A stretch of DNA of 64,000 nt from a virus (Duplodnaviria > Caudoviricetes), in IMG/VR virus record IMGVR_UViG_3300032282_002415, positions 625 through 64,624 of that record; one strand, written 5' to 3'. A program made the translations under genes and the position numbers. This document shows positions 1 through 6,792 of this stretch, one piece after another; the first letter of the stretch is position 1; each line of letters starts with the position of its first letter. Below the pieces are notes generated by a model, which was given only the letters and a program-made list of their open reading frames with translations, was not told where the DNA came from and did no database searches.

Positions 1-195
1 GAGTCTTACCCTGACGGCAATAACATTGTGGCTGACTTAGATGTTGCTCACTACTCTCAAAATAAGATTATTACAGACGCCAGTTTAGTTCCCGCCGAAA
101 TTATCGCCTTTGCTGAGGCTCTGTTAGACGATAAGGATACTTATCTAGAGATACAGAAAGACTATGAAGAGATATATCTGGAGGGGCAAAAATGA
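1..195 (+). CDS. hypothetical protein, 5'-truncated by the window edge
   Basis: Open frame from base 1 to TGA at 193-195, with an ATGA overlap into the next ORF. Confidence 0.6.
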   Translation, partial: ESYPDGNNIVADLDVAHYSQNKIITDASLVPAEIIAFAEALLDDKDTYLEIQKDYEEIYLEGQK

Positions 196-356
196 GCATG
201 ACTGACGCTTGGAAGGTACTGGACTTAACTACGGCTTGGGCTATGGAAGTTGGGCTACCTGAAGATGAGGCTAAATACTACGCACAAGAATACTTAACTA
301 GACACGGCTTGTTAAAAGCGGGCGAAGATGTCGGATTGGATTTGTATGAAGATTAA
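192..356 (+). CDS. hypothetical protein (54 aa, not in the ORF track)
   Basis: GAGGGG SD, ATG at 192, MSMTDAWKVL...LDLYED*. Confidence 0.6.
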   Translation: MSMTDAWKVLDLTTAWAMEVGLPEDEAKYYAQEYLTRHGLLKAGEDVGLDLYED

Positions 357-564
357 GAATAAGTACGAGCAGAACATCTGTACTGAGACTAACATTGTGG
401 TAGAGCATGAGGGTAAAGACTACCGCTGGTCAGGCTGGGTAACCGAGAACTCCAATGGAGAAGATTGGTTCTTAGACGGCAAAATTATAGAGCCTCCAAA
501 ATGGGCTGAGGATATAGATATGTGGGATAGATACGAACTACTACAGGTTGGAGACGACCTATGA
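346..564 (+). CDS. hypothetical acidic protein
   Basis: ORF track 328-564; in-frame ATG at 346 (MKIKNK) gives a smaller overlap with the upstream gene. Confidence 0.6.
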   Translation: MKIKNKYEQNICTETNIVVEHEGKDYRWSGWVTENSNGEDWFLDGKIIEPPKWAEDIDMWDRYELLQVGDDL

Positions 565-662
565 CTACCTTTCACTTAGGTGATTGTTCAAACGGGTGTC
601 CAATTTGCGCGAAAAATTGCGTATGTGATACCTGTATAGATAGAGAGAGGGAAGTAGCATAA
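561..662 (+). CDS. small Cys-rich peptide (33 aa, 6 Cys)
   Basis: GGAG SD, ATGA overlap, MTTFHLGDCSNGCPICAKNCVCDTCIDREREVA*. Confidence 0.55.
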   Translation: MTTFHLGDCSNGCPICAKNCVCDTCIDREREVA

Positions 663-700
663 CCCAGCTAATTCCATAACTAACTTTCCTGGGTGGGAAA

Positions 701-740
701 ACACTAATAAACCTAGTTTAAACGCTGGGTTTATTGGTGT
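701..740. repeat. imperfect inverted repeat / hairpin
   Basis: acactaataaacctag...ctgggtttattggtgt, 16 bp including G-U pairs. Confidence 0.6.
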
Positions 741-837
741 GCCCGCAATTTTTGGGCTCTAGCCTCAGTTTGTTTGTGTCGGTGCGTTGGCGTTCTCTGC
801 CCAGCTTAGCAAAATAAGCATATAACTATAAAAAACC

Positions 838-860
838 TTGGAATAGCTTTGCTATTCCAA
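838..860. repeat. hairpin
   Basis: ttggaatagc-ttt-gctattccaa, perfect 10-bp stem. Confidence 0.6.
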
Positions 861-891
861 CACAAACTTTCCTGTGAGCCAGCTGAGAAAG

Positions 892-900
892 TTATCCACA
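892..900 (+). promoter_or_regulatory. perfect DnaA box
   Basis: TTATCCACA consensus in a non-coding region. Confidence 0.6.
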
Positions 901-1232
901 GGGCAAAAACTTGACAAAAGAGCCAAAAATTGCTAAAAGAGCCTGAACTCAGCTGAGGAGAGAGAGCCAGCGAAGCAAATTGTCGACAAATTGCTAAAGA
1001 GCTAAATCGACAGAGAGAGTTCGGCTACTGTCGCGCTCTAAACACAGCTGAGCACAGATAAGCCCAGATTATCTGCCTCTCTGGAAGAGTCCTATCGCAT
1101 AAGTAACTGCCCTATCAAATACGGCACAGAAAGCCACTAGGAGAGAGAGCAAGAGTATTCCCTCCTTCTATCTATCCTCTCTCTCTTATATTGATACTGG
1201 AAGGGGAAATTGCCCCGCCCGAAATTTTAATA

Positions 1233-1266
1233 AGTTATCCACAAGCAGGGCTATCTGTGGATAACT
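1233..1266. promoter_or_regulatory. inverted pair of perfect DnaA boxes
   Basis: agTTATCCACA (box 1235-1243), 12 nt, TGTGGATAAct (box 1256-1264). Confidence 0.65.
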
Positions 1267-1356
1267 AGGAGGGAGTCGGTCATTGTGATATTGACCCTGC
1301 TGTATTACTCTGAGCACCTACCCGCTAGGAGGTAGCGGGAGATATGGGGATATTAA

Positions 1357-1497
1357 ATGAGCAATAAGAAGCTCGATATACGGCTAGTTGATGTAGAGAG
1401 CCAAGAAGTCATAGCACAATACTTTGGCACTTTAGCTAGTGCTAAACGCATGATTAAGGAATACAAGATTTACGGGTATTTTTTGGAAGTCAAATAA
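1357..1497 (+). CDS. hypothetical protein (46 aa, not in the ORF track)
   Basis: GGGGA SD, MSNKKLDIRL...YFLEVK*, TAATG coupling to the next ORF. Confidence 0.6.
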   Translation: MSNKKLDIRLVDVESQEVIAQYFGTLASAKRMIKEYKIYGYFLEVK

Positions 1498-1530
1498 TGC
1501 TTGTATCTTTTGGAAGTCAAATAATGCTTG
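1477..1530 (+). repeat. 27-bp tandem duplication
   Basis: tat(t/c)ttttggaagtcaaataatgcttg twice, one mismatch. Confidence 0.9.
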
Positions 1531-1802
1531 CCGAGAACGCCTGTAACTGTAACGAGTGCGAGTGTAAGAACCAAGATGATTACACCGCCGAAAAAGAAAC
1601 CTGTGAGGATTGCTTTAGAGATTGCCTACCTACTGAGGGTGGCGAGTGCGATTGTACTGATGTCTGCGGTTGGACTAAGCCTCATATTGTAGTTGAGGGT
1701 AAGACCGATTGCCCTAACTGCGGAACTCCTACCCAATACGGCGAAGAAAGCTCGATTGAGTTTGATTGCGAAGTTCATGGCGAGATTAGTTGGTCAAGAT
1801 GA
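1497..1802 (+). CDS. Cys-rich putative metal-binding protein
   Basis: Many CxC and CxxC motifs, acidic. Confidence 0.6.
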   Translation: MLVSFGSQIMLAENACNCNECECKNQDDYTAEKETCEDCFRDCLPTEGGECDCTDVCGWTKPHIVVEGKTDCPNCGTPTQYGEESSIEFDCEVHGEISWSR

Positions 1803-1993
1803 ATACCTACCGAATTAGCTTTTGGGAAGAGCAGGGTGGATTTATCTACTTTGAGGCAGAAAACCTAGAACAGGCTAAAGAGTTATTTGAGCAGTTAGAA
1901 AATGGGGAAATCTTTGATGAAGATTTGCCTAACGCGGTACGCAAGGTCAAGAACGGTCAATGTGAATACAGCTTATTAGAGGAGGCAGAATAA
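1799..1993 (+). CDS. hypothetical acidic protein
   Basis: ORF track 1790-1993; the ATGA-overlap start at 1799 is preferred. Confidence 0.6.
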   Translation: MNTYRISFWEEQGGFIYFEAENLEQAKELFEQLENGEIFDEDLPNAVRKVKNGQCEYSLLEEAE

Positions 1994-1994
1994 C

Positions 1995-2420
1995 ATGGGA
2001 TATACACACTACTTTCAATTACATACTCAGCCTAGTGTTGAGGCTTGGGCTCACTTTATTAAAGGGGCTAACCAGTTACTAGAACAAGCTTGGGATATAG
2101 AGACAGAGCACGAATTAACTGACGAATTTATAGTTATAAATGGCATAGGTAAAGAAAGCCATGAAACCTTTGTCTTTAGTAAGTCTAATAGTGAGTGGGA
2201 TTTTTGTAAGACCGCAAAAAAGCCATACGATAATGTGGTTACTGCTGTACTTATCTTAGCTAAGTACTTATTCCCTTCTATGTATCTTAGGTCTGACGGC
2301 AGTTGGGGAGATTGGATTGAGGGGCGCGAATTATTTGAGAGCGTATTTCACTTGACCCCTGCTGAGGGCACGGTCTTTGACAAGGTTGAAGCAATTTATC
2401 CAGTAAGGAGTCACGCATGA
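1995..2420 (+). CDS. conserved phage hypothetical protein (MGYTHY...FCKT..KPYD type)
   Basis: GAGGAGG SD; motifs MGYTHYF, FCKTAKKPYD and SDG are familiar from phage proteins. Confidence 0.7.
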   Translation: MGYTHYFQLHTQPSVEAWAHFIKGANQLLEQAWDIETEHELTDEFIVINGIGKESHETFVFSKSNSEWDFCKTAKKPYDNVVTAVLILAKYLFPSMYLRSDGSWGDWIEGRELFESVFHLTPAEGTVFDKVEAIYPVRSHA

Positions 2421-2845
2421 GTACTTGGGAATTGGTAGAGGGTCTAGGCGACACGATTACCTGCGATAGCTGTAACGATATAACTACCTATTGGTTTAGT
2501 TCAGAGTCTCGGGCTATCTGCCGTGAGTGCCTAAGCCAAGAGCCTATGAGTTGGGGTGAACTCGCAGAGTTTACTCATGCTAAGCAGTTACAAGTGTTTA
2601 ACTGGTGCGCGTGTGAAGATATGGAAGATGAAGAGGGAGAGAAGCCTTATTCAGATTGCCCTGATGTCACCCCCGCAAAATCTGACACTATTGACGATAA
2701 CTTAGAGGAGTTACTAGAACAAGCTAAGTCTAATCGCTTTAATGGATTAGGCACAGAGTTACATAGACTATATGTGGACTTAACTGAGGGCGTAGAAGAT
2801 TTACGCAACACGATTGAACGACTTAAAAGATATGGACACGAATAA
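2417..2845 (+). CDS. hypothetical protein with CxxC pairs and a C-terminal coiled coil
   Basis: AAGGAG SD, ATGA overlap. Confidence 0.65.
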   Translation: MSTWELVEGLGDTITCDSCNDITTYWFSSESRAICRECLSQEPMSWGELAEFTHAKQLQVFNWCACEDMEDEEGEKPYSDCPDVTPAKSDTIDDNLEELLEQAKSNRFNGLGTELHRLYVDLTEGVEDLRNTIERLKRYGHE

Positions 2846-3027
2846 TGAAAGCAATCGCAACAATTAGATTAACCATAGATATAGAAGGAGCAAAAGCTAT
2901 GGGGCTTGAAATCTCTGACCCCGAAGAATATGCGATAGAAGAAATGATTGAGTGGGTATATGAGATGAACAGGTTTAACTCTTTGGGCGATTGTATTCAT
3001 GTTGAGTTAGTAGAAGGAGAAAAGTAA
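2845..3027 (+). CDS. hypothetical protein
   Basis: TAATG-coupled ORF. Confidence 0.6.
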   Translation: MKAIATIRLTIDIEGAKAMGLEISDPEEYAIEEMIEWVYEMNRFNSLGDCIHVELVEGEK

Positions 3028-3191
3028 TGTTGGGATATACCAAAACTGATTTAGATGAGATGTCTGCTTCAATAGAAGTAGCTATTAAACAATTATCACC
3101 TTACCTTTTATCAAGCCCGAAAACTGAGGCGGGGTTAAATAAAGCTAACGACTTTCTTCAAGGTCTTTGGGCAGAAGGGTACTTTGACTAA
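3027..3191 (+). CDS. hypothetical protein (54 aa, not in the ORF track)
   Basis: AAGGAG SD, TAATG at both ends, MLGYTKTDLDEM...GLWAEGYFD*. Confidence 0.65.
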   Translation: MLGYTKTDLDEMSASIEVAIKQLSPYLLSSPKTEAGLNKANDFLQGLWAEGYFD

Positions 3192-3517
3192 TGATTGAGT
3201 CACTAAACATCTTACTTGACGATAGAAAGCGTGTATGTGGGCTATGCGGGTCTAATAGCTGGAGAGTGCTACACGCTGGAGATGAAAGTAATTGCGAGTG
3301 CGAAGGCGAGTGCTTACGCGTATGTGATAATCCTGAGATAGAGCAAGGCTGTGACGGAATATCTCACCTCGTAATGTACAAGTGTGAGGAGTGTTGGGAA
3401 AGCTTAGCTATGTATAAAGATAGTTTAGATAAGAACTGCGAAAATCCTTATTGTGAATTAGCTGGACTTAATCAAGCAGGTAAAGAAATAGAGTGGGAGA
3501 TGTACGAAAATGAGTGA
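3191..3517 (+). CDS. Cys-rich hypothetical protein
   Basis: CxxC, CxCxxxC and CxxC motifs. Confidence 0.6.
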   Translation: MIESLNILLDDRKRVCGLCGSNSWRVLHAGDESNCECEGECLRVCDNPEIEQGCDGISHLVMYKCEECWESLAMYKDSLDKNCENPYCELAGLNQAGKEIEWEMYENE

Positions 3518-3779
3518 TGTTAATTATTACGAGTACCGAGTTACTTTTGTAGGCGATTACTGGGATTTCAATATCAGAGTCCAAGTGTGCTTACCTGAGT
3601 ATATGGGTAATTGCTCTGACGAAGCTAGAGAACAAGCTATAACTGAGTCTATGAGCCAAGAGTGGGTAGCCGATATTGTCGCTATCTCACATGAAACTAA
3701 TGTAGTTCTATTACTAGACGGAGAAGAAGTAGAAGTAGATGAGGATTATATGTCAATAAGAAAAGAGGTAAGCGCATGA
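3510..3779 (+). CDS. hypothetical acidic protein
   Basis: Overlapping ORF with GGAG SD. Confidence 0.6.
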   Translation: MSDVNYYEYRVTFVGDYWDFNIRVQVCLPEYMGNCSDEAREQAITESMSQEWVADIVAISHETNVVLLLDGEEVEVDEDYMSIRKEVSA

Positions 3780-4072
3780 GTAATGACCCATGTTTAGAGT
3801 GTGGTACGCCCACACTTGGAGTTATGACTTTAAGTAACGGTTCAACCGTAGGTATTGGTATGAACCGACTTGGTTACATAGATACTAATCAAAATATTGA
3901 CGGCTGGTTATGCGGAGAGTGTGCTGGCTATGAGTGTGACGGTTGCGGTAAGAATATCTACTTAGATGAGGATATAACCGTTACTGATGAGAACGGACAT
4001 AACGAAAAATACCATGAGGAGTGTTTAACTCCTGAACTAAGACTATTAGCTATTGAACAGGAGGAACTCTAA
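3776..4072 (+). CDS. zinc-finger-like hypothetical protein
   Basis: CLECG, CGEC, CDGC and HEEC motifs. Confidence 0.6.
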   Translation: MSNDPCLECGTPTLGVMTLSNGSTVGIGMNRLGYIDTNQNIDGWLCGECAGYECDGCGKNIYLDEDITVTDENGHNEKYHEECLTPELRLLAIEQEEL

Positions 4073-4258
4073 GTGCCTAAGTGTTTAGATTGCGGTAACG
4101 AAACATATTTTATCGTTGCTTATGTGGAGTTTGAGAAGGTCACCTATCAAGGCGACCAAATTATTGACCAGTACGCGGGAGATAGAGAACGCCTTGATGA
4201 AAAGTATGCGCCAGAGTGTTACGAGTGTAATAAAACTAATATAGAAGGAGATATATAA
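4073..4258 (+). CDS. zinc-ribbon hypothetical protein
   Basis: CLDCG...CYEC, GGAGG SD. Confidence 0.6.
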   Translation: MPKCLDCGNETYFIVAYVEFEKVTYQGDQIIDQYAGDRERLDEKYAPECYECNKTNIEGDI

Positions 4259-4477
4259 ATGATTAGCACAGTAAAAGAAATAATTGAAGATTTAATGAAG
4301 CTAAACCCTGATGAAGTACTGGTATATACATACTGGGGCGAAGAAGATTACAAGGATTACAAAGACCCTGAGCAAGCTTTAGGGTTAATTGAAGAAGGAT
4401 TAGATACTTGTATCGGTCATGTAAACGATTATTTAGAGGGTCAATACCAAGATGAAGAGGAAGATGAAGATGAGTAA
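4259..4477 (+). CDS. acidic hypothetical protein
   Basis: AAGGAG SD, acidic tail. Confidence 0.6.
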   Translation: MISTVKEIIEDLMKLNPDEVLVYTYWGEEDYKDYKDPEQALGLIEEGLDTCIGHVNDYLEGQYQDEEEDEDE

Positions 4478-4646
4478 GTACAGAGTTAATCTAGGGTTAC
4501 ACACAGTATTTGTAACTGAGGTGGAAGCTGATACCCCACAAGAAGCACAAGACATAGCTAAGTATATGTATGGGGAGAGTGGAACTAAAAAATTCAAACA
4601 CTTTGACACTACCGATATTTTATTTGACGCTTGGTTAGTTAAATGA
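4470..4646 (+). CDS. hypothetical protein
   Basis: ORF track 4452-4646; MSKYRV start preferred. Confidence 0.55.
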   Translation: MSKYRVNLGLHTVFVTEVEADTPQEAQDIAKYMYGESGTKKFKHFDTTDILFDAWLVK

Positions 4647-4861
4647 AAGCTAGATTGCGCAAAGACCTACGAGAAGTTGGAACTCTTATCCCCACTATTA
4701 TTCCTGATGGTGGTTGGCTTGGAGAGGGCGATATAGATACCGCCGAATATATTGGCTATATTGAGAGTAGTAATGAAGAGTACAAAGGGCTTGAATTATT
4801 GCTGGTTGATACTCAGCTTATTGCCGTGTATTCAATAGACCTAGAAGTAACTAAGGAGTGA
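4643..4861 (+). CDS. hypothetical protein
   Basis: ATGA overlap. Confidence 0.55.
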   Translation: MKARLRKDLREVGTLIPTIIPDGGWLGEGDIDTAEYIGYIESSNEEYKGLELLLVDTQLIAVYSIDLEVTKE

Positions 4862-4863
4862 GT

Positions 4864-5031
4864 ATGGAAACCTTTTACACCCCCGCAGAAATAGCAGAAG
4901 GCTTATCTGTAACGAGAGAGACGGTATATAAACTGATTAAAGAGAAAAAGCTAGAAGCCTACAAGTTTGGTGGCGCAGTACGAATATCAGAAGAGCAGTT
5001 GAGAGCCTGCTTGGAGGCTATAAATGATTAA
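4864..5031 (+). CDS. excisionase-like / MerR-type HTH DNA-binding protein (55 aa, not in the ORF track)
   Basis: AAGGAG SD; METFYTPAEIAEGLSVTRETVYKLIKEKKLEAYKFGGAVRISEEQL matches the HTH_17 pattern. Confidence 0.8.
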   Translation: METFYTPAEIAEGLSVTRETVYKLIKEKKLEAYKFGGAVRISEEQLRACLEAIND

Positions 5032-5263
5032 GCCTATTGGCGCAACAGTACTGCTACGCTGGGCAGATATGCCCGAGGATTTAACCTTTGAGGATTATGT
5101 ATCCTTTGGTACTTATGATGAAGATGAAGAGACAGACGGACAGGGTATAAGTGACTTAGTTGTCTTTGCTTACCTTGACGATTTACAGCACCTTGAACGG
5201 TGTCGCACAGGAAACGATTTTGATTGGCGTCTAATAGAAATTTTACAGGTACATTATGAGTAA
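5024..5263 (+). CDS. hypothetical acidic protein
   Basis: GGAGG SD. Confidence 0.6.
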   Translation: MIKPIGATVLLRWADMPEDLTFEDYVSFGTYDEDEETDGQGISDLVVFAYLDDLQHLERCRTGNDFDWRLIEILQVHYE

Positions 5264-5438
5264 ATATTCAGAGATACAGGCAGATAAAGAGACAGCTATT
5301 TTTATTTCACAAGTTGAGAGAGTGAGAGAGTTGCTTATACGCAAGAACGCTGAGGATTTAATAGATATGTTAATCGGCGGATTAGAAAACGGAACACTTT
5401 ACGCTTCACTACCAGCCTCACTAAACGGGAGAAAATAA
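5256..5438 (+). CDS. hypothetical protein
   Basis: ORF track. Confidence 0.55.
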   Translation: MSKYSEIQADKETAIFISQVERVRELLIRKNAEDLIDMLIGGLENGTLYASLPASLNGRK

Positions 5439-6332
5439 ATGAAGAGAGTTATAGTAGTAATAAGCTTAGTACTAGCAGGACTAACACCTGCTCATGCTGA
5501 CACAGCCCCGACCTTAGTTTTAATTGACACAGGTGTTAATACTAAGTTATTTAGTAATATCGTACATGAGGTCTGTGCGATAGAGAGTGGCGCAGGTATC
5601 TGCCCTAACAAGAAAGCCTTTATGGAAGGCACAGGCTCAGCTAATCTACCTACCACTACTAACGCTACCTTTAGTCACGGTACTCAGATGTTGAGTATCA
5701 TTACTAAGGTTAGTCCAAGCGCAAATGTTATACCTATCAGAATTGTGGGCATGACAGATAAAGGCAATCCATACCTATACTCATTAGACAGCGTTAAGAC
5801 CGCATTAGATTGGGTAGTTGCTAACCGAGTTAAGTTCAACATCTCTGTAGTTAGTTTAGCTCAAGGAAAAATCTTTGCTGGTTGCCGTATGCCCGCAGGC
5901 ATGGCAGAAGATTTAGCTGTACTCAAAACAAACAATGTTCAAGTAATAGCCTCAACGGGCAACGACAGTAACAGAACCTCTGTATTCTCCCCTGCCTGTT
6001 CTCCTGATGTAATCTCAGTAGGAGCAACGGATAACCCAGCGCAAAAAGCAGGTGTAGCATGGAACAAGACAGACAAGCCATACATAGCTCGATACAGCAA
6101 CGGCAACGCACAGACTACGCTCTATGCCAATGGTCGCTGGTTTGTAACTAACTTAGACGGCAGTACTAAGTTTATGGTTGGCACATCTAACGCCACAGCT
6201 TCAATAGCAAGTTGGGTGTTCTCTCACAAATTAAGTGATTGGAACTCAACATATGCTAACCTAATCAGTAACGCAACAGGCACAGCAAGTAACGAGTGGC
6301 TTACAGGTCGCTACCTATTTATTGAAAGTTAA
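5439..6332 (+). CDS. secreted subtilisin-like (S8) serine peptidase
   Basis: Signal peptide MKRVIVVISLVLAGLTPAHA; triad motifs LIDTG, SHGT and GTSNAT; oxyanion motif STGND. Confidence 0.85.
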   Translation: MKRVIVVISLVLAGLTPAHADTAPTLVLIDTGVNTKLFSNIVHEVCAIESGAGICPNKKAFMEGTGSANLPTTTNATFSHGTQMLSIITKVSPSANVIPIRIVGMTDKGNPYLYSLDSVKTALDWVVANRVKFNISVVSLAQGKIFAGCRMPAGMAEDLAVLKTNNVQVIASTGNDSNRTSVFSPACSPDVISVGATDNPAQKAGVAWNKTDKPYIARYSNGNAQTTLYANGRWFVTNLDGSTKFMVGTSNATASIASWVFSHKLSDWNSTYANLISNATGTASNEWLTGRYLFIES

Positions 6333-6365
6333 GCTAAACTACACAGACCTAAGAAGGAGATACAC

Positions 6366-6653
6366 ATGGCAAAGAAAGTAAACGCAGTATTTAAGGCAAG
6401 CGTTCAGTTGAACGCAGATAAAGGTGGCGGTTGGTTAGCCTCATATCAAGCTGGAGCAGTTGATACCGAAGGTAACTCTATGGAAGTTATTGTGTACTCA
6501 GCATGGAAGAACGCCTCAGCAGCAAAGCGTTGGATTAAGGAGAGAGTTATATCTGAGACTCCGCGCAAATCTATTAAGTGGGAAGTTAAAGCCACTAGCA
6601 ACGAAAAACCGTCACACTTTGCGGGTGAGTTAGCCTACAAGGTGGAAGCATGA
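6366..6653 (+). CDS. hypothetical basic protein
   Basis: AAGGAG SD. Confidence 0.65.
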   Translation: MAKKVNAVFKASVQLNADKGGGWLASYQAGAVDTEGNSMEVIVYSAWKNASAAKRWIKERVISETPRKSIKWEVKATSNEKPSHFAGELAYKVEA

Positions 6654-6754
6654 GTGTAATTATCCCTAACCCCGATTGGGGCACTATCGGAACTCCGAAG
6701 GGTAATGAAGACCTAGAAGAGTACGAGATTGAAGAAGAAGAAGAGTACGAGTAA
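6650..6754 (+). CDS. small acidic peptide (34 aa)
   Basis: ATGA overlap, MSVIIPNPDWG...EEEEEYE*. Confidence 0.5.
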   Translation: MSVIIPNPDWGTIGTPKGNEDLEEYEIEEEEEYE

Positions 6755-6792
6755 TTAAAAAGCCCCAGCTAATTAGCTGGGGCTTTTTAATT
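6753..6792. terminator. bidirectional intrinsic terminator (40-bp perfect palindrome)
   Basis: aattaaaaagccccagctaa|ttagctggggctttttaatt between convergent gene blocks. Confidence 0.9.

Noticed and set aside
663-1356. tRNA or tmRNA genes in the intergenic regions
   Set aside because: No cloverleaf with a T-loop GTTCRA and acceptor stem was found by eye; tRNAscan/ARAGORN would settle it.
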